Assembly (NCBI GenBank): GCA_038851075.1
Contig: JAWCLG010000013.1
Location: 1 to 24,444 of the forward strand
Reading direction: 5' to 3'
Length of the DNA: 24,444 nucleotides
Origin: Candidatus Hadarchaeales archaeon
GTDB lineage: Archaea > Hadarchaeota > Hadarchaeia > Hadarchaeales > Hadarchaeaceae
The notes under the pieces are model-generated. The model was not told where the DNA came from. It saw only the letters and a list, made by a program, of their open reading frames with translations, and ran no database searches. Shown piece after piece: positions 1 through 7,096 of the stretch; position 1 is the stretch's first letter, and the number at the start of each line of letters is the position of its first letter. Both the position numbers and the translations under genes were made by a program.

Positions 1-102
1 GAACTTTGGGGACGGCACAACGGGAAGCGGAGTAACAACGTCTCACACCTATCAAACCTCCGGGAACTACAACGTGACTCTGACCGTTACTGATAATGAC
101 GG
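1..102 (+). repeat. Left copy of a perfect inverted repeat, at least 102 bp, running off the window edge
   Basis: Positions 1-102 are the exact reverse complement of 1391-1492. Identity ends at 103 vs 1390 (Gly codon GGG vs GGA). Confidence 0.97.
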
Positions 103-331
103 GCTGACCGACACATATTCGGCGATTTTGGCAGTGTTGGGACAGACTTCTGGTGATAATCAACCTGGCGGTGGACAGCCTGGGACCGATAATCAACCAG
201 GTGGGGGCACCGGGATAATTATATCAACAAATGAGTTGATAATCGGTATAGTGATTTTAGTCGTGATAGTGATTATCGTGGCTTTCTTGATCTCAAGGAG
301 AAAAACTAGCGGCGGACCATCGGGCTGGTAA
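2..331 (+). CDS. 5'-truncated surface protein: end of a PKD domain, Gly/Gln/Pro linker, C-terminal TM anchor
   Basis: The frame is open from position 2 and reads NFGDGTTGSGVTTSHTYQTSGNYNVTLTVTDNDG (PKD signature). It continues through DNQPGGG repeats, the hydrophobic helix ELIIGIVILVVIVIIVAFLI and the basic cluster SRRK to SGW-stop. The ORF-track start at 74 is an internal GTG. Confidence 0.9.
   Translation, partial: NFGDGTTGSGVTTSHTYQTSGNYNVTLTVTDNDGLTDTYSAILAVLGQTSGDNQPGGGQPGTDNQPGGGTGIIISTNELIIGIVILVVIVIIVAFLISRRKTSGGPSGW
155..207 (+). repeat. Short direct repeat in the linker (DNQPGGG x2, 33-bp period)
   Basis: gataatcaacctggcggtgg at 155 and gataatcaaccaggtggggg at 188. Confidence 0.8.
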
Positions 332-350
332 AACCTTCACAAGTATCAGA

Positions 351-382
351 ATCAAAGCATCTGCTTGATAAATGCTTAAAAT
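351..382 (+). promoter_or_regulatory. Putative BRE/TATA promoter of the wHTH gene, with overlapping imperfect palindromes
   Basis: TTAAAA at 376-381 lies about 28 nt before ATG 409, preceded by A-rich GATAAATGC. Palindromes: ATCAAAGCA-TC-TGCTTGAT (351-369) and AAGCAT-N11-ATGCTT (355-377). Confidence 0.5.
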
Positions 383-408
383 TACCATTCCTAGATTTAT
401 TTGGGAGA

Positions 409-1056
409 ATGGGCAGAAAAAACATAGTATTTCGCGAGATACTATATAGAGTAATTGAAAAAGACGAATGGTATATGACACAGAAATCCATAGCAGAAAC
501 TTGTAAAGTTTCTCTTGACACCGCCAATAAGGTTGTAAAGACTCTGCATAATTTTAAGGCGGTTGAAAAAAAGCCACTTGGTTTTCGTGTGGTTAATCTG
601 CAAAAGTTGTTGACTTACTGGGCCTGCACCAGAAATATGTATAAGGATATAACCTACGTGACCTACTCCCCTGATCCGGCGAGTAAAATTGAACGTGACT
701 TACCGAAGGATGCGATATTCACAGCGTTCTCTGGTTATGCCAGAAAGTTCGCCGAAGCTCCGGCGTACAATGAGGTTTACATTTACGCAGATTCCGGCGC
801 TGTAAAAAGAATGTATCCAAAAAAAGATGTGTCACGCCCGAACATCATTGTGCTGGCTCCAGATCCGCATCTCAGGGCGCTCAGTGAGGATGGAGTTGCA
901 CCGCTGCCTCAGATTTATGTCGATCTCTGGCAAATCGGAAGCCCAAAAGCTGAGAGAATCTTGGTGGATCTGGATCGTGTTCTCAAAACAAAGCCGATTG
1001 AGAAGTTCCGCGAGATGGTCTTGCAATGGCGTGCTGAAAAACAAAAGAAGACATGA
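409..1056 (+). CDS. Winged-helix DNA-binding protein with a C-terminal AbiEi-like (type IV TA antitoxin-like) domain
   Basis: N-terminal HTH pattern TQKSIAETCKVSLDTANKVVKTL, then LLTYW, TAFSG and VYIYA. The C-terminal PLPQIYVDLWQIG motif recalls AbiEi_2/DUF2186-type proteins (recognised from memory). Confidence 0.6.
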   Translation: MGRKNIVFREILYRVIEKDEWYMTQKSIAETCKVSLDTANKVVKTLHNFKAVEKKPLGFRVVNLQKLLTYWACTRNMYKDITYVTYSPDPASKIERDLPKDAIFTAFSGYARKFAEAPAYNEVYIYADSGAVKRMYPKKDVSRPNIIVLAPDPHLRALSEDGVAPLPQIYVDLWQIGSPKAERILVDLDRVLKTKPIEKFREMVLQWRAEKQKKT

Positions 1057-1074
1057 CGGCGTGGTGCGGCACGT

Positions 1075-2238
1075 CTATGCCCAGCCAGAATTTATTGTGG
1101 CTTTGTTTCTTTTTCGGATAATGTACGCTATAACCGATGCGATAGCCCCCACGATAAAAACGCCCATGATTGTCATTCCTCCCGGCACGATAACGGTTCC
1201 ATTCGTTGAATCGCTACCTCCAGCATATATGTTGTCCCCAGTTGCGCCACCTTGTGAACCACCGGAGCCGCCTTCAACCCCTTCTTCAGTACCCCCTTCG
1301 GCGCCTCCCTGGTCTCCCATATTCTCCTGATTGCCCGTGTTTTCAATTCTTTGTCCCACGCTTATGGTTCTCGTCAGTCCGCTGCTTAATCCGTCATTAT
1401 CAGTAACGGTCAGAGTCACGTTGTAGTTCCCGGAGGTTTGATAGGTGTGAGACGTTGTTACTCCGCTTCCCGTTGTGCCGTCCCCAAAGTTCCAGGAATA
1501 CGAGACGATGGTGCCGTCCTCATCTGAAGAGCCAGATGCATTGAATGTAATCGAATCCCCTGCCCTTGGGGATGCTGGAGAGTAGGTGAAGCTCGCGGTC
1601 GGGTTCTGCAGAGCAGAGGTGCCGCCAGTGAAGCGTATGTAATCGAGGTAAACGGTGCTGCTGTATGGTGATCTGTCGAAGACTATGTTGATCTGGCGCA
1701 ACCTAGAAAGATCAACCGGTGCAGCCACCCAAGGAACCTTTGAAAAACTGGAAAGAGGAACAACTATTTCCCCCCAGCTCGTTCCCGGGACCGTGACGTA
1801 CGTATAGCTGACTTCACTAGAACTGCTATTAATTTCTATCTTCATCTGCTCATTACCAGACGTGCCTCTGGCATACATCCTCAGCTCATTGTACCCGCTG
1901 ACATCAATTGTGCTGTTTGGCTGAGCGGCTGGGTCAATATCATTCGCATAGCTCCAGTAACCGCACCACTGCCCTGATGGAAACGAATATGAGATGGAAA
2001 GAGCGTAATTGCCCTCATATTTATCTGTCGAAAAGGTTAACGTGGGGTCATAGTCTCCAGCCCCATCAGAATTTGTATCGGGAGACATTGCTCCCACCAT
2101 CCCGCCGAGATTAGTGCCCAAATTTCCATCATTGAAATCATCGTAAACGAGGTCTGCAGCTGCTACAAAATTGGATGATGTTGCTAATAGGAGAACAAGG
2201 CACGTACAAATTAACGGTACCGATAGAATCTTGCGCAT
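1075..2238 (-). CDS. Secreted, membrane-anchored carbohydrate-binding (CBM11/CIA30-like) + PKD domain protein
   Basis: Signal peptide MRKILSVPLICTCLVLLLA...AAA. Galactose-binding-like beta-sandwich motifs (YDDFNDG, DVSGYNELRMYARG, WGEIVVPLSSF, VYLDYIRF). PKD domain (PTASFTYSP...FNASGSSDEDGTIVSYSWNFGDG). Gly/Glu-rich linker, TM helix, RKRNK, then SGWA-stop. Confidence 0.85.
   Translation of the reverse strand: MRKILSVPLICTCLVLLLATSSNFVAAADLVYDDFNDGNLGTNLGGMVGAMSPDTNSDGAGDYDPTLTFSTDKYEGNYALSISYSFPSGQWCGYWSYANDIDPAAQPNSTIDVSGYNELRMYARGTSGNEQMKIEINSSSSEVSYTYVTVPGTSWGEIVVPLSSFSKVPWVAAPVDLSRLRQINIVFDRSPYSSTVYLDYIRFTGGTSALQNPTASFTYSPASPRAGDSITFNASGSSDEDGTIVSYSWNFGDGTTGSGVTTSHTYQTSGNYNVTLTVTDNDGLSSGLTRTISVGQRIENTGNQENMGDQGGAEGGTEEGVEGGSGGSQGGATGDNIYAGGSDSTNGTVIVPGGMTIMGVFIVGAIASVIAYIIRKRNKATINSGWA
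1391..1492 (-). repeat. Right copy of the perfect inverted repeat, within the PKD-coding sequence
   Basis: Exact reverse complement of 1-102. Both copies are read in the same codon frame in their genes. Confidence 0.97.
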
Positions 2239-2263
2239 ACATTATTGTATTTTCCACCATTTC

Positions 2264-2279
2264 TTTATAAATATTTTGT
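2264..2279 (-). promoter_or_regulatory. BRE/TATA promoter of the CBM-PKD gene
   Basis: The minus strand reads ACAAAATA-TTTATAAA, about 25 nt upstream of the ATG at 2238, consistent with a leaderless or short-leader transcript. Confidence 0.65.
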
Positions 2280-2294
2280 AAAAATTGCGGATTT

Positions 2295-5288
2295 TTAGTC
2301 TGCAGTATTTTCCCATGCACCGCTGTTCTTTCTGTTGCCAGCACCGTAGGAATTACCTGATCCATCATCCGTTATAACTCCGCCTCCGAAAAGGTCATTA
2401 TTTGATATGAGGTTGTTCTCCGAACTCCCGTCCATATAAATACCCTTGCTGGAGTTGTTATAGAACTTGTTGGACAATATCGCGTTGTTGTCGCCTCCCC
2501 ACATTCCTAGGCCAAAATCGTGAGATCCGATGTAGTTGCCGCTGATTACGTTGTAGGTTCCGTTGACCACAACTCCTGTCCCGGAACCGGATCCATATAT
2601 CGTACAGCCGCTGACGACATTATGAGAACCGGAGTTTATATCAATCCCATTCACACCGCTGCCAAAAATCACTGCCGAGGATATCGCGATTCTGGAGGAA
2701 TTGGTCAGATATACGCCATTGTCATTGCTGACGAAGCTGTTACCAGCGACAGTGTGCTCGTAACTGGTTGACATATAAAGTCCGTAACCGGCGTTGTAGC
2801 AGCACGAATTTCCCGCGATCGTGAACTGGCTTGTCTGCCAGAGATAAATTCCGCTTGCTTCATTATGGCTGAAAACGTTGTTCGCGATCACATTGCGCAC
2901 TGAGTACGAATCCCCGCCCGCATACAGCCCGTTCTGGGCGTTTATTTCGCTGAGATTTCCTGAGATGGTATTATATCTTGAGTTCCAGAGAACAATTCCC
3001 GTTGCTCCTGAATACCTGACGATATTGTTGACAACCATGCTGTTCTCCGAACTATCAAGCTTTATCCCGTCACCGCTCACACCCTCAACCGTGCACCCCA
3101 CAATTCTGGAGTTCACAACGCTGCTGAACGATATACCGTTTGTGCCTCCCCTCACCCTAATATTCGCCACCACGACGTTCTCCACCCCGGAGACATAAAT
3201 CACATTTATTGCTGAGGTGGTCACAATGGTGGTCCCGAGTCCAGATCCTACCAGCATCACGTTAGACTTTGAGATGGTGATCGCCGAGCCGATCGAATAG
3301 GTCCCCTCCCTTATGTAAACTGAACCGCCTTCATTCGGAAGCGCGTTGATTGCCTGCTGTATATCCGTAAAGTCACCGTTATCCAGAGATGTCGCAACCA
3401 CGAAAGTGGCTGCCCCAGGAGAAAAGGTTACATTGCTGGGGCTCACGCTGCCACCGGGCATCTGAATGCTGTTTGTCACCGTCAGATTTTCCACAACAAC
3501 ATTATCCATGCTGATGTTTTCAGAACCGGGCTTCCTGAATATGCTTGTCACATAGAGGTTCTCCATTACCACGTTCTCCATCGTTACTTGAGATGAGCCG
3601 CTCTTCACGTATATGCTGGTCACGTATAGATTATCCAGCTCTATATTGTCCGCAAGTTTGGCGCTGGTTATCGCTCCGTTCTCTATGTCTTCAGTCCAGA
3701 TATATCTGGTCCCTAAACCTCCATCAACAACGTCTCCGCCAGCGTTTCCATATGCCTGATTCCCGTTCAGCCTGTTGTTGCTGCTGTTGGCGTCTATTTC
3801 AATGCCTTTCCACTCCCAAGCTCCGCTCGAGAAATTACCTATAAGAAGATTGTTGTCTGAGTTCTCAATTTTTATGTTCCCCCTGTTTCCGTGAGCTCTG
3901 TTTGAGGATACAATGTTGTTGTCAGCCTGTTTCAGCAAAATCCCAAAAAGTCCATTGCTCGCACACTGGTTGCCCGATACAGTGTTGCCATGGGAGTTCT
4001 CCAGCCGTATGCCGTCGGTGTTCAAGTTACCCGAACACTGATTTCCGGATATAGAGTTGTAATCTGACCCTCCCCACAGGTAAATTCCATAGTTGGTGTT
4101 TCCCGAACACTGATTTCCAGATATCACGTTATGGGTGGATCTCTTGGTTTCATAATTCTCCAGCTTTATTCCGTCATATGTATTCCCGGTGACTATGTTG
4201 TTTGCAACGGTGTTATTCGCCGCCCCTGCCACAAGAATACCTATTCCAGTGTTGGACTCCACGATGTTGCCGGAAACCACGTTGTAGTTTGAGCTGTACA
4301 TGACTCTGATCCCATGTTCTCCATTTCCACGCACCACATTGCCCGTGATCACGTTGTTTGAAGCCTCCCAAAGGGTGATTCCTCTGAGCGTGTTTCCTTC
4401 GCATATATTTCCGGAGATAATGTTGAACCTCGGCTCAGAGCCAGACACTGAGTAAAGGGTTATCCCGTCCTTCACGCTTCCGGTGACGACGCAATTTCCG
4501 ATTACATTGTTCTCCGACAGTCCTCCAATGTTTATTCCGTCACCGCCTGCACCTCTTATCCATACCTCGAGCACCTTCGAGTTCCTCACGTGGCTGAAAT
4601 ATACCCCGTTAAGCCCGCTTCCGCAATCTATGGTAATTCTGCCAAGGATGATGTTCTCATCTGACGCATTTTTGTTCTTAATCGCGTCAACCGCTGCGGA
4701 GACTCTTATCACGGTAGCCGCGCCCGAGCCTATCAGTGACACGTTTGATGGAATCTGTATGCTCGATGTGATCGTGTATATTCCCTCCTTGATCAGTATC
4801 TTCCCACCGGAGGAAGGAAGCGCGTCTATGGCATCCTGAATGCTGGTATAGTTCCCATTCTCAGGTGATGTTGCAACGACGAAAGTTGCTGACCCAGGCG
4901 TTATATCCAGATCCGAGAGAGTAATCGCTCCCGGGGCCAGCTTTTCACGCGTTATGGAATAATCTGAAATATCTTCTGCCGTTATCGAACCATCCGCTAT
5001 CTTGGCACCGGTCACCGCGCCGTCAGCTATCTTGCTTGATGTGACTGCTCCGTCAGCTATCTTATCCGTCGTCACGGCACCTCCTGCTATCTTCGCCGAG
5101 GTAACCGCACCGTTCGCTATCTTGCTGGTTGTTACTGCGGAATCTGCTATGTTCCGGGTGTTGACCTCTTCTATTCCAACTCCTGAAACCGGAGGCACAA
5201 CACTGGGGATGGTTCTGACAGTCAGCACTCCAAGTAAGACTCCAACAAAAAGGGTCCCAATCAGCAGTATTTTAAGCGCCTTTGCCAC
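2295..5288 (-). CDS. N-terminally anchored or secreted right-handed parallel beta-helix protein (NosD/pectate-lyase-like, tailspike-like) with two beta-helix modules
   Basis: GTG start with SD GGGTGA (5295-5300) and a hydrophobic N-terminus. KIAxGAVT 10-aa repeats follow. There are two copies of the cap ATFVVATS..NG..T.IQ.AI.ALP..GG...I.EG.Y, each followed by many GI.L..S..N.ISGN rungs. Confidence 0.9.
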   Translation of the reverse strand: MAKALKILLIGTLFVGVLLGVLTVRTIPSVVPPVSGVGIEEVNTRNIADSAVTTSKIANGAVTSAKIAGGAVTTDKIADGAVTSSKIADGAVTGAKIADGSITAEDISDYSITREKLAPGAITLSDLDITPGSATFVVATSPENGNYTSIQDAIDALPSSGGKILIKEGIYTITSSIQIPSNVSLIGSGAATVIRVSAAVDAIKNKNASDENIILGRITIDCGSGLNGVYFSHVRNSKVLEVWIRGAGGDGINIGGLSENNVIGNCVVTGSVKDGITLYSVSGSEPRFNIISGNICEGNTLRGITLWEASNNVITGNVVRGNGEHGIRVMYSSNYNVVSGNIVESNTGIGILVAGAANNTVANNIVTGNTYDGIKLENYETKRSTHNVISGNQCSGNTNYGIYLWGGSDYNSISGNQCSGNLNTDGIRLENSHGNTVSGNQCASNGLFGILLKQADNNIVSSNRAHGNRGNIKIENSDNNLLIGNFSSGAWEWKGIEIDANSSNNRLNGNQAYGNAGGDVVDGGLGTRYIWTEDIENGAITSAKLADNIELDNLYVTSIYVKSGSSQVTMENVVMENLYVTSIFRKPGSENISMDNVVVENLTVTNSIQMPGGSVSPSNVTFSPGAATFVVATSLDNGDFTDIQQAINALPNEGGSVYIREGTYSIGSAITISKSNVMLVGSGLGTTIVTTSAINVIYVSGVENVVVANIRVRGGTNGISFSSVVNSRIVGCTVEGVSGDGIKLDSSENSMVVNNIVRYSGATGIVLWNSRYNTISGNLSEINAQNGLYAGGDSYSVRNVIANNVFSHNEASGIYLWQTSQFTIAGNSCCYNAGYGLYMSTSYEHTVAGNSFVSNDNGVYLTNSSRIAISSAVIFGSGVNGIDINSGSHNVVSGCTIYGSGSGTGVVVNGTYNVISGNYIGSHDFGLGMWGGDNNAILSNKFYNNSSKGIYMDGSSENNLISNNDLFGGGVITDDGSGNSYGAGNRKNSGAWENTAD
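3451..3638 (-). repeat. 24-aa (72-bp) degenerate tandem repeat, about 2.6 copies, between the two beta-helix modules
   Basis: LDNLYVTSIYVKSGSSQVTMENVV / MENLYVTSIFRKPGSENISMDNVV / VENLTVTNSIQMPGG. DNA matches at 3541 and 3613 are 72 bp apart. Confidence 0.75.
4981..5160 (-). repeat. 30-bp coding tandem repeat, about 6 copies, encoding KIA(D/N/G)GAVT(S/T/G)x
   Basis: GCTATCTT recurs at 4996, 5026, 5056, 5086 and 5116, with GCTATGTT at 5146. Confidence 0.9.
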
Positions 5289-5407
5289 GGTTAATCACCC
5301 GACAGGCGCGCACACATCTCTCATCCGATCACATTTCATTTAACTTGGGAGCACATCTTTTTAAAAGTATCATCCAAACTTCTGTTGGTCATGAATGGAG
5401 GTCTAGA
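5289..5407. promoter_or_regulatory. Divergent promoter region with a palindromic TATA box and an SD on each side
   Basis: TTTTAAAA at 5359-5366, minus-strand SD GGGTGA at 5295-5300, plus-strand SD GGAGGT at 5397-5402. Confidence 0.55.
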
Positions 5408-6172
5408 ATGCCCCGTGTCGGACAAACGCTATCCGCATTGGCGATCTTTGTCTTTGCGGTTTTTCTGCTGATAATTGGAATGGGGTTGATTTCTAAACAG
5501 GACCTGCTCCCGATAAAAGACGATGAAAACCTGGTTTACGGGATATATTCGGGAGGAGAGAGAATGGGAGAGCTGAAACTGTGGGTTGAAGGCAGGGAAA
5601 CCGTTGACAACGTGGAGTGCTTTGTGGTCAGATACTCGATATATATCCCGAATGATGACAGGGCGAGGTCTGGCGTGATGAAATTCGACTCACGAGGAAC
5701 GCTGAGGCGCGTCAGAATCGCTGAGGCTGAGCAGAACGTCCTGAAGTGGGCCACCGAGATAGGGTATTTCAAGCAGGGTTTGATGAGGGTTGTTGTGGAG
5801 GACAACAGAATTCCTGAAGCCTTCTCGGAAAAGGATGAAACCATCCTCACGCCGCCCGACGCCACGGTAGGGGAGTACGTCTGGTACCTGATACGTTTCG
5901 ATGATGTCGGAGAAGGCTACAGCAGGAGGTTCGGTATGAGCCTGATGCCAGATGCCACAACAATCGTTTCATCTCGCATCTCAGTTTCTGGAGAGGAGAA
6001 CGTGGAATCTCCGGCTGGTACATTTGAATGCTGGGCGATGGAAGGAGAGAACACGGAATCGGTCCCATGGCCGGTTGACAGGATGTGGGTTTCCAAGAAG
6101 GACGGAATTGTTATCAAGGCGTCTGAACTAATCGGCGGTGGAGAAACGACTTATCTGTTGGAGCGGGCGTAA
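5408..6172 (+). CDS. Membrane-anchored or secreted beta-rich protein, DUF3108-like
   Basis: ATG 5408 has SD GGAGGT; the track start at 5282 overlaps the divergent gene. N-terminal TM helix LAIFVFAVFLLIIGMGLI. C-terminal motif GEENVESPAGTFECW...MWVSKKDGIVIK is typical of DUF3108-like proteins. Confidence 0.65.
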   Translation: MPRVGQTLSALAIFVFAVFLLIIGMGLISKQDLLPIKDDENLVYGIYSGGERMGELKLWVEGRETVDNVECFVVRYSIYIPNDDRARSGVMKFDSRGTLRRVRIAEAEQNVLKWATEIGYFKQGLMRVVVEDNRIPEAFSEKDETILTPPDATVGEYVWYLIRFDDVGEGYSRRFGMSLMPDATTIVSSRISVSGEENVESPAGTFECWAMEGENTESVPWPVDRMWVSKKDGIVIKASELIGGGETTYLLERA

Positions 6173-6173
6173 C

Positions 6174-6221
6174 AAAAGATATAAATCTAACCTTATACCT
6201 CACCTATTCAAAAGGTGGTGA
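6174..6221 (+). promoter_or_regulatory. BRE/TATA promoter and SD of the HAD gene
   Basis: AAAAGATATAAAT at 6174-6186 and GGTGGTGA at 6214-6221. Confidence 0.65.
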
Positions 6222-6227
6222 ACGAAT

Positions 6228-7025
6228 ACGACGGAATATCTGTTCGTCACGGACTTTGACAAGACGCTGAGCGTGGACGACGCTGGATTACTGATGAGTC
6301 TAAAGCTCGGCATTACCAGGGAAGAATTTGACGATAAGATAAAGTCCCTCAAGGAAAAGAGTCTGACGAAGTTCGGGGCCGAGGTGCCATACCTAATCCT
6401 TCACGACCAGGACTTCAAGGGAAAGGTTACTAAAGAGGTGCTGCTCAACGTTGGAAAGGAGATAAGGCTGAAAAAACACCTTCCCGAGCTGGCGGGTATT
6501 TTAAACAGAGGGATAAACGGAAACAGGTTCTCATTTCACGTCATATCTGCCGCACCTCAGGAGGTCCTAGAGATGTCCCTGAAAGGGATAGTTCCCCCTG
6601 AAAACGTTCACGGCACCATCTTCGAGTATGACGAAAAAGGAACAGTAAAAGGTGTGAAAAAAGCAATAGCTGGCGCGGCCAAGGTTGAGGCGCTGGATGT
6701 TGTGCGGAGAAAGGAAAAGATCCCATTGGACAGGACCATATACGTCGGAGACGGGTTCTCCGACATGTACATAATAATGTATGTCAGGGCATATCACGGA
6801 TACACAATCGCGGTAACTCCGACATCATTCCTTGGGCACATCTGCAGAAAGACCGTTATCTCAAACGACGCGCTGAGCCTTCTTGCCCCAATACTTGAAG
6901 ATATACTGGGTTTCTCGCATGACGAGGTCAGAAAATTCTACGAAAAAATAGGCCATCCGCTGCAGACCTGGGAAAAGGCGAAAGTGGAATGGTTCGACTT
7001 CGGCAGCGAAACAAAATACCCCTGA
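6228..7025 (+). CDS. HAD-superfamily hydrolase (phosphoserine-phosphatase-like, HAD-IB); start codon uncertain, ACG 6228 proposed
   Basis: Motif I YLFVTDFDKTL (6237-6269) is in frame upstream of the track's GTG at 6273. Motif II VISAA, motif III K in GAAKVEAL, motif IV IYVGDGFSD. There is an in-frame TGA at 6219-6221. Confidence 0.85.
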   Translation, partial: TTEYLFVTDFDKTLSVDDAGLLMSLKLGITREEFDDKIKSLKEKSLTKFGAEVPYLILHDQDFKGKVTKEVLLNVGKEIRLKKHLPELAGILNRGINGNRFSFHVISAAPQEVLEMSLKGIVPPENVHGTIFEYDEKGTVKGVKKAIAGAAKVEALDVVRRKEKIPLDRTIYVGDGFSDMYIIMYVRAYHGYTIAVTPTSFLGHICRKTVISNDALSLLAPILEDILGFSHDEVRKFYEKIGHPLQTWEKAKVEWFDFGSETKYP

Positions 7026-7096
7026 GAACCGAGGTATCCTTACTAGACCACCAAAATATCTTTTAATTGTCAGTGCGAGATATGCACGGTGAACGG

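Noticed and set aside
1-1492. Inverted repeats as the termini of an IS, MITE or transposon
   Set aside because: The repeats are PKD-coding sequence inside genes, and the enclosed ORF shows no DDE, HUH or Tyr/Ser recombinase motifs that I can recognise.
2295-2335. RKNSGAW at the beta-helix protein C-terminus as a third SGW-tail example
   Set aside because: There is no preceding TM helix and the motif differs, so it is probably coincidental.
4981-5160. Regularly spaced GCTATCTT units as a possible CRISPR array
   Set aside because: The period is exactly 30 bp, the invariant core is only 8 bp, and the intervening bases encode a conserved 10-aa peptide inside an ORF. No cas genes are present.
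5282-5407. N-terminal extension of the DUF3108-like ORF
   Set aside because: It overlaps the divergent gene start and promoter. ATG 5408 has a strong SD and is followed directly by the signal/TM segment.
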